Origin: Octopus sinensis
Lineage: Eukaryota
Direction of reading: 5' to 3'
DNA length: 64,000 nucleotides
Assembly (NCBI RefSeq): GCF_006345805.1
Contig: NC_043003.1
Coordinates: 23,994,001-24,058,000 of the forward strand
The translations under genes were made by a program, and so were the position numbers. The notes under the pieces are model-generated. The model saw only the letters and a list, made by a program, of their open reading frames with translations. It had not been told where the DNA came from and ran no database searches. Positions 12,612-25,505 of this stretch are shown here, one piece after another (the first letter of the stretch is position 1; each line of letters starts with the position of its first letter).

Positions 12612-13562
12612 GTGTGTGTGTGTGTGTGTATCTATATATACATATATGCTAAAGCGCCATTCTGTCGAGTGTAATTCTGCACATGTTCAACAAGGCATGT
12701 CTTGAAATCATCAATGACTGCAAAGGTCGTATAATTGCGTAAGGAACATACAATATTAATGCATGCTAATAACTCTGTTCTGCAATAATAAGTTATTTAC
12801 CACAGAGGCATAGATTACAAAAACAATTGCAGCAATTGGTCTAAGTCTTTTACTTGCAATCAATACTCTTTCTACTCCTCCCTTACATAGAGAACCATAA
12901 ATATTTCAATTGCTGAAGAATGCTGCTGGGAATCATATAAGCCTTGTGCCTAAATACCATTACGTAACGTGTAGGTATAGATGAATGGATTTATGGATGG
13001 AGGGATGGCTGGATGCCAGTATCAATGTATATATGCTTGTAATTATGACATATGTATGAGTCTATATGTATTATGTATATGCATGTATGCATCTGTATGC
13101 AAATATGTATATACCATTTTATCTAACTATCCTTTAATAGCAAGGTGGTGAAAATCAGGATTTTAGTATTGCAGTTTCGAGTTGTGCTCTGGAGCAAAAC
13201 ACTTCATTTTACGTTTCTCCACTTCACTCATACAGTGGGAGTGAGTAATGCTGCCGCATACCGGCGTCCTGTCCAGGATGGTATAAGTATATATATACGC
13301 CACGGAATCCGGGAGGCCGATCATATGAACCAATGACTTGGGAAATACTTTTGATCACTTTTTAAAATATTTCATACGACATATATTTATTGCAGTAAAG
13401 TATCTGCCAGAATTTCACGAAAAATATTTTCGAAATTCAATTTCTTTCTTGATTAGAGTGGTACGACAAACTTTCGATATGAGTCTACATACGTACAACG
13501 CCGCAACCGCTAGTACATCATATACTTATGTGCAATCTCAAAACTAATGCAGAAGCACAAAG

Positions 13563-13596
<34 letters not shown>

Positions 13597-13820
13597 CTAC
13601 ACAGGGGCCGTTGGTGATTTCTCATCTTTCTTTGGACATTTCCCTTTCGCCTTTCAGACGAAGATCTCTGCTAGAAACGTTATACTCCGTGCTTTCGCCA
13701 AGCGCCAAGCTAATACATTTATATACGTCTCCACTGTCATTGATTTTCTATTTTTCGTTTTTTTATACGTTTATTTCAACTGTACTTTTTATGCTTATTT
13801 TTTTCGTTTATTTGAAATGA

Positions 13821-13897
<77 letters not shown>

Positions 13898-14029
13898 GGT
13901 ACATATGTGAATGTGCAGCGCCTGCACATATTCATACGTGAATACTCTCACAAACGAACACATACGAGCATTGTGTCTGCATAATTTATCAAGTGATTCT
14001 TTGTATCGATTATGTAGAAATATTCTCAC

Positions 14030-14152
14030 ATGATTGATTACTGAAATCAGCTCAACATTGAATTCGATATCACACAAGTGCTTCGACGTATATACTACAC
14101 CGAAAGAATCTAATGCATTCGAAAAAGTCTTGGCAATTGTTACTACAATAAG
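14030..14152 (-). CDS. Possible isolated phase-0 coding exon (41 codons), protein not recognised
   Basis: Polypyrimidine acceptor (ctttctttcttcgtgtatttcaatcag), 123-nt open frame LIVVTIAKTFSNALDSFGVVYTSKHLCDIEFNVELISVINH, donor gtgaga. No homology recognised; could be chance. Confidence 0.2.
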
Positions 14153-14515
14153 CTGATTGAAATACACGAAGAAAGAAAGATGGAGGACGTAACGACAGGG
14201 AAAAATATATAGCAATTTCAAATCTACAATGAGTGATGTTGTCAATGGAGCGATACGTTTTTTCTTCTTTTTTGTGGCAGAATGACGGCTCAAGCAGATT
14301 AGTATTGTCGACTAAATCAACCACAGTTAATATTAGTCTTTATTCAGGACAATAGTGATTGATATTATTAATAATCTCTTACATTTGAACAGTCTAAAAA
14401 TTTGAATCCGAAATTGTGAACACTATATGTTACGCTGTCATTTATTTCACTGTATGGTATTACTTTATCACTTACACGCTAACACACATGCAAAATATAT
14501 ACATAGACATGCGCA

Positions 14516-14550
<35 letters not shown>

Positions 14551-14849
14551 ATTTGTGTTTCTGTTTGTCTGTGTGTTAAAAAAATGAAACAACAAAGCCA
14601 AGTCTGTGTGGAATTTTCAGGACATTGATAAAGAAAGGGCTAGTTAGACCGACTTTCTCTTCATAAATGTCCTGAAGATTACACACAGCCTAGGTTTTGT
14701 TGTTTCATTTCATCTAAAATATACATGCTCATACAAGACCCACATTATACTCCTCGCTCGTATTATTATCGAACAAAGAGTTTCAACATTGTCCCTCCAT
14801 AAAACTTACATAGCCTTACCTGTCACTTTGGATCTTCTGGATACCAATA

Positions 14850-14882
<33 letters not shown>

Positions 14883-14890
14883 ACACACAC

Positions 14891-14937
<47 letters not shown>

Positions 14938-15799
14938 GAAACTAAGCAAAAGGATATCCACAGGTGATAGAGTACGACCGTCTCAAGCATCTCCATTTAA
15001 TGAACAATGCAATCATTACATCGATTTAAATGCAGGGCTATCCTCAGCTGCATGAATAAATAAATAGAATTTTTAAACAATTGGACACATTAACATAATT
15101 TTACTTAAATTCTCTAATAAAGCATGAAGATCGACAAAATCCATGCTGCGACTACTGTAGCTGAGAATATACTAGACTTCGCGTTCGTTTCCATTTTTTA
15201 TAAAAACACGAAAGCTCTCATCCAGAATGGAGACGATCAACATTCATCCGGCTTGAAAAACTATTTTTCATACCATGAAACCAATGTTAGACTTAATACA
15301 CAAATAAAGAAATTTTATCCATCAATAAGGTGTTGAGGTCTCATTTTCGTCTTTTGACATTTACGTATAAATACATATATATATATATATAGTGAGAGGG
15401 AGCGAAGATAATAGAGTGACTCATTGTCCGAGAGTCTCGTGCCAGCGGTCAAAACTCTCTGAAACATCACTCTGTTACTTCTGCTAAATATAGATAAAAA
15501 TATACATATATTTTGAATTCTGTTTTCCCTGTTGCCACGAATATATATGTGATTGCAAATCAGTGACGCTCTTTTTACAATATATGCATTGTTTACAATA
15601 TATTGCTTGCGGGGGCAGATCTTGATGATCGCTCTGATAACCAGGAGCTCACGACTGAGAATGAGCCAACCAACTTGAAACTGAGTCAGTCTCGCGATCT
15701 TGTTGTCTGCTAGAGGATGCCATGTGTTCGCTCCTCCTTGTAGCAATGTATATTAAAACTGACTTCACTTGTGCCTCTAAAAATTTCGTTTACGTCATT

Positions 15800-16060
15800 A
15801 ACATATTCCGGCTGCTGTAGGAATTATATAACCTCAACAGGAACGTCCATAAAAAGTAGATCTACACTACACAGCCAACAAACCTACCACGTCCAGAATC
15901 GTCAAATACTACTCAGTGTTCACATAGACATATGTGCTAATGAACGCCAACCACAATTCAAAATATTGCTACAACACTAATTCACGGAAAGTACCTCAAC
16001 TCAACAACGACTAAATACAAACCAGGACTAAACATGAATATATAATGGAATTAACAAATA
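15800..16060 (+). mobile_element. Highly decayed PLE GIY-YIG relic
   Basis: RNYITSTGTSIKSRSTLH..LLSVHI..QPQFKIL resembles the YIG.T...K.R..H..LS.HIW..PF.I.W pattern. Confidence 0.4.
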
Positions 16061-16864
16061 AAAACCCAATCAGAAAAAAAGGAAAAAATATTTCCCTCCC
16101 CTTAGTTAGAAATAATATATCTACTGACAATCCATTTAGCTAATAAACGTTATATTCACAGACTATCCCCCTTGAGCTATACTCTCCTGTATAAACCTGC
16201 TTCTACGCAAGGTTAAATCAAAAACTTATTAAGATTTCATAACATTGACTCATGATTAGCGAAGCGAAATCGGTTCACCTTGTACGTGTTATAATTGATA
16301 AATAATCTTTAACTCCATGTACAAGATTTCTGTGCTTTTTCACTTAAATCTTATTTCATATTTACCACTACTCGAATCTCCCTCCGAATTGTTCACCTAT
16401 ATTTACTTATACATATACATACACACACACACACACATATATATATATGTGTGCGTGTGTGTGTGCATGTATATATTCATATAAACATATATGCAGGTGT
16501 GTATATTTATATATATATATATAATTTTAAATTATGTGTTTTTATGTTTTGATGGCCTAGTGGCAGCGAAACATTGAAAAAAAACATAGTTGTTATATAT
16601 TTGTATCTTAAAATGCATTTAAATATTAAGCATCTACTCTAGACTAGATATTCACTTCATTTGATAGCGTCTGTTGTTTTTAGTCTTCTTCAAAGACAGT
16701 AACACTATGGATACATAAGAAATATATGTAATATATGTATTAGATTTTGTCTGTAGCTGTGGGCATTTTATACAACGCTGTGATTTCTGTAGCTTTCATA
16801 TCATATACACATTCTAACGAAATTATTCCGACAAACGTTCGTCTATGAGCATACAGATATATAT

Positions 16865-16872
16865 ATACATAT

Positions 16873-16933
<61 letters not shown>

Positions 16934-16950
16934 AAGATAGACAGATAGAC

Positions 16951-17023
<73 letters not shown>

Positions 17024-17035
17024 TAGATTGATAGA
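16865..17035. repeat. (GATA)n microsatellite
   Basis: Visible directly; a second tract lies at about 18099-18166. Confidence 0.95.
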
Positions 17036-17040
17036 TGTAA

Positions 17041-18098
17041 GTTTCTTTATTGGCCACACATGGCTGCACACAAATGGGACAAATTAAAAGATAGAGCTTT
17101 TCTTTTGGGGGATGAAAAAAAAGTGGCGTAGGTTTTCGATCAAAAGGGATAGTAAAAGGGAAAAAGAAAAAAAGAAAAAAGGGAAAGAAACAAAAGAAAG
17201 AGAAAAAAAGAAAAAAGAAGAAAAAAGGGGAAGAGGAAAAAAGCGATCAATAGGGATCGTGTGTCATGATGTACGGTGTAAAGGGGGAAGCAGATAAGGT
17301 TTATCCGTGGGAAGAAAAGCCTACGAAAAAGACCACGGTAACCTCGGTCAATATTGTTATATATTACCACATTTGTTTGCAAGTCGGTAACCCTCTGTTT
17401 TCAATTTCTGAGTTCATAGGATTATGCTCAAGGTGGCTTCGTCATTCATACGTGCTATCCTTGCTACATTCACCCTTCTTTTTTTAAAACATTCGCTAGA
17501 CAAAACTTACCTCTCTACGCTCACTTTCCTTTTCAAGTGGTACTTGAAGAAGTTGATGAGAGATTGACCAGAGAGGAAAGTGTTTGTCACCAATCCTTTC
17601 AGACGCGTCCACCAGATACATTCTTTCGCCATAGCCACAAGGATGATGAAAATAGCTCTTCCTTCGGCCCCGTGTTTCTCAAGCCGTGTCTGTAGAGCTT
17701 ATCCCGAACGGGTAGCGCTTCTCGGTAGCACTGCCAGGCCAGGGATCTCTGGAAGTTGTCCATGGGCCCTTGCCCGAAAGTTATCCCGAACAGGCGGGTC
17801 AGGTATTCCTCGTCGACGTCCAGGTCGTACCTCCCCTCGACTAATCCCCTATAAAATGCTTGGGTTGTGATGGAGTCGCTCAGGGTCGACCCGGGACGGC
17901 AGAGTTGCTTGAGAGCAACGCGACACTCGCGGTGCCATTCGCCCTTCCTCGGCCTCTTTTTGATCCACGACTGCAGTTCGGTCATGGAGACTAGCTGCAG
18001 GAAAGCGTGCCTCACAAACGGCGACCACACCTGTTCACCGTCGTCTACGAAGAGCCTGAGATGTCGCAGTCTCCGAGCGTGTCTGCGATTCATCAACC
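17041..18098 (-). mobile_element. Tx1-like (L1 clade) LINE, 5'-truncated 3' end flanked by (GATA)n
   Basis: FQRSLAWQCYREALPVRDKLYRHG (zf-RVT-like lead-in), then AMAKECIWWTRLKG..FFKYHLKRK; pyrimidine-rich 3' UTR ending AATAAAGAAAC then (TATC)n. Confidence 0.8.
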
Positions 18099-18167
<69 letters not shown>

Positions 18168-18479
18168 CATACATATATATGTGTGTGGATGCGTATATAT
18201 TTGCATGATTGCGTAATTATCATATGCATGTATATATGCAACCAGATAATTGACATCAATTTAGTGCGTAATTTTGATTGGTTAATCAAAATAACATAAC
18301 TTACTCTTACATTAGAATATATTTATAATGCATAACTTGCAAAATCATCTGACATGCTACATTTTTTTTTTCGGTTTGTCTAGCCCCAAGAAACATTTAT
18401 GGCGTTCGTATAACGTTAATGTATAGATGATGTTTTCTATTTTCGTGTCTTAAATGACTGGGAAATGTTAATAATTTTA

Positions 18480-18900
18480 ATATGTAACGGAAAAGTGCCC
18501 ATTTCTGATACACGTAATAGTTAGTATTAGGAAAATCTGTATAATTTCCATGAGGTTCGGTAGTGTAGAATCTTAGTTGTCTGTAGTTAATGTAATATGT
18601 TGAACCGAAAACAAAATGCAGGTAATATAGATAGGTAGAGTGAAGTATTGAGGGAGAAAGAGGGTGACAAAGAGGGTGTGAATGAGGAAGATAGTGAGTA
18701 AGGAAAGGGGAGATGGAAGAGGCGTTGTAGCAAGTGTCAGTGGAGGTGGTAACAGTGAAACTTGAAAAATGGAAGCAAAATAGGAACCTAATTACTTTGT
18801 TTTCTTGATAATGTGTGAAGGATGTTAGTTGATGGAGGAGATAAGGATGGCTTTCCAAGTAGTCAAGAGCTAAGGACAGACAATTCTTTTCCTTATTTTT
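18480..18900 (-). mobile_element. Decayed PLE reverse transcriptase relic
   Basis: LALDYLESHPYLLH, FVFGSTYY and KWALFRYI resemble PLE RT motifs (AL.YYL..HP.LLH; F.F...YY.Q; W.RYIDD). Confidence 0.4.
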
Positions 18901-21078
18901 GTTCATTTTTCTTGCTGACAGAAAAAAAGTACCGCATGGTTTAACGCATGCGCTTTAGTGCAAAAACTTTTCGTCCGTGCTACCAACACTACCAAAATTA
19001 CCAACAATATACAACAGCCGTCAGAACCAACAAAAATGATCATCACCACCACTACCCTGACCATCAGGATTTATCATTCGTATTTCTTAGTTTCCTTCTT
19101 TTTATATCTTGCTGTCTACGCTCGCTATTTTTATTTTTTCTCTGGTTTTCTATTTCTCCTTTGACCCTTTGCGTGTCAGAAATTGTAGGTTGGTAAGAAA
19201 GTGCGATCACTTTAATATTGAGATGTTTTCACAGGATAAACAATATTGAAAATTTAATGAGAATATTAGTGAACACTGTGAAGGCAGACGAGAGTGTGAA
19301 CAATTTTCTGTATACAGGATGCAAAATTATATTATCTACGTGACTAAAGCATTTAAGAAAGATATAATTGAGACAGAAAGACGCATTCCTATGAATAATC
19401 TTATTCTAAAAATGCTGTGTTTTTCTACTTAGATTTTGAATAACATATTTTAATGAAAAAAAAAGTTAAATATCATGTAAGATACTACTCAACAGAGATG
19501 ATTAGATAACTCTATTTCACTTATCACGGCTAATACCTAGTAAGAGCGGTTTCAATACATTATATGCTCTACTTCGCTGTAACCCAAGTCTTTCAGGGCT
19601 TTTGGGTGGCTATGCACCACAAAACACTTGTGTGTGTAGGTAGACGTCTGTTTGTGTGTGTGTGCGTGTGTGTGTGTTTGTGTATGTATGTGTGTGTATG
19701 TTTTTGTCGGTCTATATATTTCTATTTAGATATATTTTATAATGTCAAAAATATCTATCCGGGAAAGACAAATTAGCATTCAGACAAGATGAAGAACATA
19801 GAATCCAATATCAAACCGCTGTAAGCTGCAATCCGAGCAAACGAAGTTAGACTATAGCAAGTGTAGTGGTCGATCTAATAAATTTACGTAGAATACCTAC
19901 AATTGAACTCACTGATCACCGAATCTCAAAAATAGTTGTAAAGCATTGACTATAATCTCGTCTCATATATGTGACATCTCATATATGGGCATTCTGAATA
20001 TTTATTCATCTATGAAAAATATTCTGCCTGCTTTTCTGCTTAATAATGAATGTGTGTGTGTGTGTGGGGGTGTGTGTGTGTTTACTCATACCTCTATAGC
20101 TAATTCATAAACGCTTCGGTGCCCTTACCAACCGCCTCCTCATCTTTTAATATGTTATATAAATTCTTACTATGATTACATTTTGAGGTTGTTTCAAATT
20201 GTCAATACTTGAATGCTAAATTCAATTTCATAGTCTACGTTCCATTCTCTCTCCTTTCTCAATGTATCTTGGGACCGGCTATATCGAATACCAAAGGAAA
20301 GGTTCCAAGTTGAGTGGAGAATCCGTCAATCTAGACTGGTTGGCTGGTCCGTGTGATGTTTCATGTTAGCTCGAAGCTTTAAAATTTGAAACGAGGGATT
20401 ATTCAAAGTAATCTATTCGAAATAATCTATTCCAGAATTTTCTCCGTAATGATGTTTTCGATACCAGAATGATAAACCGCGATGACAGATCGCAGTAAAA
20501 TTTCAACTGAGAAAGTAAAAGAAGTTAAGCATCTATAGCGCAAAGTTCTCTCGTTATATTGTTATTTCAGTAAGCGAAGCAGTAAATAGTTTTAGAGTGA
20601 CATGATCTTTCAAAGTCATCGATCTTCGTGACATGAAGCCCTTCTGTTGGATGTATGTTGAACTCATATCGATAAATTTGAACTTGCAGCCATTCTTCAA
20701 ATCAGCATCTTTATCACCTTTAAAAGTGAACTCTACACATTTAGCCGTCAGTATATTAGAATTTGGTCAGTAAGACTTCGACGTGCCTTAAGGTTATTCG
20801 AAGATGTAATTAGTTGGACGTGTATGTATGCTTGAGTTTTGCGTATGCGGCATCGTATTTTGCGAAGAGCGATGGACACGTTGGTGAGTGTACATGTTTG
20901 TATGTATTCGTATTTAGGTACACGCGTAGGTGGTGCCACTGATGTTTGAATGTGTGTATGAGTATGAATATATCGATACTGGTTGTGAAGTATAAAATTA
21001 TCATCGATATATAGAAAAAGGTTTCACTACATATACATATATACATAATACATTTACATTATGCATTTACATTCATAC

Positions 21079-21109
<31 letters not shown>

Positions 21110-21117
21110 TATACATA

Positions 21118-21160
<43 letters not shown>

Positions 21161-21667
21161 CATCTTCCGCATGAGATTTAGAAAAGCATGGTTACGAAGC
21201 AAATTTTCCAGATACCGATACACATGCACCTCCGCACCTGCACACATGTGCATGCACATCCATACACACACAATTACACACATCAGTCAGTTTATCTATC
21301 TAGGTGTGTGGGGGCGTGTATGTGTCTGTGTGTGTCTCTGTGTAGTGTATGTGTGTGTGTTTCACACATGTGCTGCTCTTGGACTATCTTTTCCTTCCCT
21401 TCGGACCTTTCCTCTTTCTGATGAAGAGCCATACCCGAAACGTTATATACTCCCTATTTCTACCATCTTACATTGAGCGACGACCAAATACATTCCCTAT
21501 ATACGTCCTATTGACTTTTATTGTTTTGTTTTGTTTTTTGATTTTTTTTGTTATTTTCGAATTGCCTATATATAAATATATATACACACATACATATGTA
21601 TGTAGGTATGCACGGGGCTATATATGTTGTGTGGACAGAAAGATCAAGTGAAATGCACTTCAACATA

Positions 21668-22060
21668 TAGGCGTAGGTGTGGCTGTGTGGTAATAGCTTG
21701 CTTACGAACCACATGGCTCCGGGTTCAGTCCCACTGCGTGGCACCTTAGGCAAGTGTCTTCTACTATAGCCTCGCGCCGACCAAAGCCTTGTGAGTAGAT
21801 TTGGTAGACGGAAACTGAAAGAAGCCCATCGTACATATATATATATATATATGTCCCCCCAACCAACATCATTTGACAACCGATGCTGGTGTGTTTACGT
21901 CCCCGAAACTTAGCGGTTCGGCACAAGAAACCGATAGAAGAAGTACTACGCTTCTAAAGAATAAGTCCTGGGGTCGATTTGCTCGACTAAAAGGCGGTGC
22001 CCCAGCATGGCCACAGTCAAATGACTGAAACAAGTAATAGAGTAAAAGAGTAAAAGAGTA
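21668..22060 (+). mobile_element. SINE family A, full length
   Basis: tRNA-like head (ggtgtggctgtgtggtaa..gggttcagtcccact), core, (TA)n and tail ending in (gagtaaaa)n. Confidence 0.9.
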
Positions 22061-22771
22061 TATCTTTACTAAACAATAATAAAGCACTAGATATAGATAA
22101 GACAAATTGTGCTAAAACCCTTCTTTCATTAATGGTATAGAATTGCCCTACAACAATAGATATTAAATCTAACGTAGCATAAAATTACTTGGACGACTTC
22201 TAATGTTTTCTTACATAAGCCTTTTTCAATTAACCTCGGCTGCATGTAATAATTAGAGAAAAATAAATGAAAACTAATCGCAATGAAAATTTAATTAAGC
22301 GACTAAAAAAAACGGAAGAAACCTGTTAATGTGTAAATAAAAATTAATACCATAAAATTTCATGCAACACTGAACCCAAAAGTCATGAGATGAACCTGTA
22401 AAGCTACATCTATCTGACTTCGTGATAAGGGGAAGTGTAAATTTAAGCACTGATGTGCTTAATATCTTAAAGGACGTACGTAATAGATATTTTAAATGAC
22501 GTACGTAACAGATATTTTTTACATTCTTCTATTCCATTATTTAATTATGTTTGGACACTGAAAGAAATTATCCATCTGTATTTTGATGTACAAAAATGCA
22601 TTGCACTCAGAAAGTATCTTTGAAAGATGTAGATCATGCAGAAATAAAGCGGCAAATACTGGTATCCTGTAATTCCAAGAAAGGCCATGCTAAAAATTCT
22701 GATAAACGTTAAAGTTCATTATTTACATTAATTACAATTGACAGATATTTGTCCTCATCTTGTTTGTTGTT

Positions 22772-22817
22772 AACACAACGTTTCGGCTGATATACCCTCC
22801 AGCCTTCATCAGATATT
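22772..22817 (-). ncRNA. Penelope-type hammerhead ribozyme, family H1, core intact
   Basis: Minus strand AATAT-CTGATGA-A-GGCTG(gagggtatat)CAGCC-GAAA-CG-TT-GTGTT. Confidence 0.7.
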
Positions 22818-22865
22818 TCGGGGAAATTTTGAACTTGGGTTCTCATTCCAAAGGTATTTTTCGAT

Positions 22866-22890
22866 ATTATTATTATTATTATTATTATTA

Positions 22891-22936
<46 letters not shown>

Positions 22937-23348
22937 TAGTTTTATTTTTATAGCGTGCTTTCACTTCACTACCGAGCGCAGCTCTGTGTGCCTTAGGTAT
23001 GTGCTGTGATTTGTTGTGATGCTCTGATGGTTATTGTATGGAAGGTGTTCTGCGTAGAATGTGTGCAGTGCCTAGTAGTGCAAATTTCTGTATGTTATAT
23101 GTGTTTGTAAGTCCTGGTGTTTTTGTTATGTATTTGTCTGAATATGTTTTTATCATGCCTAATGCACCTACTATGATAGGAATTGTTTCTGTTTTTAGAT
23201 TCCACATTCTGGTTACCTCTATTTCCAGGTCTTTGTATTTTCAAAGTTTTTCCATTTCTTTTAGAGACACGTTGTCATCTGCCGGTATTGATACATCAAT
23301 TAGAAAGCATTTTTTTTCTTCATGATCTCTGACAACTATATCTGGTCT
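22866..23348 (-). mobile_element. R4/Dong-clade LINE 3' fragment with long (AAT)n tail
   Basis: RPDIVVRDHEEKKCFLIDVSIPADDNVSLKEMEKL*KYKDLEIEVTRMWNLKTETIPIIVGALG..ALLGTAHILRR; tail at 22866-22933. Confidence 0.85.
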
Positions 23349-23454
23349 GAAATATACACTGCACTCGACCGATCAAGTATATAATTATTTACATTAGACA
23401 TTAATATAATTACTTGTTTTTTTCTTCTCCTTCCCCTTCCCCTCTTTTGTGAAG

Positions 23455-24350
23455 GCGGCGAGCTTGCAGAAACGTTAGCACGCCGGCCGAAATGCTTAGC
23501 AGTATTTCGTCTGCCGCTACATTCTGAGTTCAAATTCCGCCAAGGTCGACTTTGCCTTTCATCCTTTCGAGGTCGATACATTAAGTACCAGTTACGCACT
23601 GGGGTCGATATAATCAACTGAATCCGTTTGTCTGTCCTTGTTTGTCTCACTGTGTTTAGCCCCTTGTGGGTAGTAAGTAATAAGTATTTCGTCTCCCGTT
23701 ACGTTCTGAGTTCAAATTCCGCCAAGGTCGACTTTGCCTTTCATCCTTTCGGGGTCGATACATTAAGTACCAGTTACGCACTGGGGTGGATCTAATCGAC
23801 TGAATCCGTTTATCTGTCCTTGTTTGTCCCCTCTATGTTTAGCCCCTTGTGGAGAATAAAGAAATAAGAAACATTAGCACGCCGGGCGAAATGCTTAGCG
23901 GTATTTCGTCTCTCTTTACGTTCAGGGTTCAAGTTCCGCCGAGGTCGACTTTGCCTTTCAATCTTTCGAAGTCGATAAATTAGGTACCAGTTGCGTACTG
24001 GGGTTGATCTAATTGACTAGCACCTTCCCCAAAATTTCGTGCCTCGTCCTAGAGTAGAAAAGAATCGTTAGGACGCCGGGCAGGATGATTAGCCGCTTGT
24101 CATCTGTCTTTACGATCTGAGTTCAAATTCTGACGAGGTTGACTTTGCCTTTTACTCTTTCAAGCATCAATGAAATAAGTACTATTTGCGTACTGGGCTC
24201 GATCTATTCGACTGGCCCCCTCCCCCAAAATTTAGAGCATTGTACCTAGAGTAAAAAGAATAAAATAATTACCAGTTGAGTGCTGGGGTCAATTTAATCG
24301 GCTTACACCCTCCCTCGAAATTGCTGGTCTGGTACCAAAATTGAAAGTAA
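23455..24350 (+). mobile_element. Head-to-tail array of about 4-5 SINE family B units
   Basis: Repeated ctgagttcaaattccgcc..gtcgactttgcctttcatcc units with two alternative tails. Confidence 0.85.
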
Positions 24351-25117
24351 TTTCACTACTTGTTTTATTCAGCAACCTCGATTTTAACTTTTATTAATTT
24401 ATTTTTTCGAAATTTAATCTAAATATTTTATCCCTAATTTTGTTTATAGAAAACCGGTGTGCGCATGGCTTTTAATTCACTTTGGACACGTTAATTACTG
24501 TCATTTGCCGTCATCTTTCAATATTGCAAGAAAGAAACTTGCAGAATTCTGACGATCTAGTGCATAGCGAATGAGTTTGAGTGTAAAGATTAGCTTCGTA
24601 AAAGGGACAGCGGTGTATAAATAGGACAAATTAAAGAGGACAAACGAGTGAATTCAGCCTGTTTGATAGCATCACTTCCGGCCTTGTGTTGTGTACAAAT
24701 ATCCTCACAGTTGATTTGCCTCTCATCCTATTTGGAACGATATAAGTAACAGTTGAGCACTGGCGTCGATGTAATTGACTAACCCCTAACCTCTTACCCA
24801 AAATTTCACCCCTTGTATAAAAGCAATTATTTCTAGCAGTCTCATGGAATCTATAGAAGCTTTCTCATCGTCTTTTAGTGTTGTAGAAGTAACGTAATTT
24901 TTATAATGCTTATCACACATGGACAATATCATGACAAAGGATTTTAAAATAGAATGAAAAAAACGTCTTAAAATGATGAAGAAGACAATACAAGACAAAC
25001 AAAAAATTAATACAATGTAGAAAAATATAACCTTGACAAATAAACAGGAGGAATTCATAGACAACAATTTATTAACTGGCAGCATTTAGAGACATCTATG
25101 ATAACTAACAAAAACGT

Positions 25118-25505
25118 ATATTCTTTTATTCTTTTAGGTGTTTCAGTCATTTGACTGTGGCCAAGCTGGAGCACCGCCTTTAGTCGAGCAAATCGAACCC
25201 ACAACTTATTCTTTGTAAGCCTAGTACTTATTCTATCCGTCACTTTTTGCCGAACCGCTAAGTTACTGGGGCGTAAACACACCAGCGTCGGTTGTCAAGC
25301 GATGTTGGGGGGACAAACACAGACACACAAACATACACACAACACACATATATATATATACGACGGGCTTCTTTCAGTTTCCGTCTACCAAATCCACTCA
25401 CAAGGATTTGGTCGGCCCGACACTATAGTAGAAGGCACTTGCACAAGGTGCCACGCAATGGGACTGAACCCGGAACCATGTGGTTGGTAAGCAGGCTGCT
25501 TACAA
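25118..25505 (-). mobile_element. SINE family A
   Basis: Reverse complement of the 21668 element. Confidence 0.9.

Noticed and set aside
16249-16276. CTCATGA..GC-GAA-GC-GAAA-TCGG-TT downstream of a PLE relic
   Set aside because: Core and palindrome are both mutated and there is no stem I. It may be a dead HHR but is not supportable.
23455-24350. Regularly repeated units as a CRISPR-like array
   Set aside because: The units are about 200-nt SINE monomers in a eukaryotic context, with no unique spacers or cas genes.
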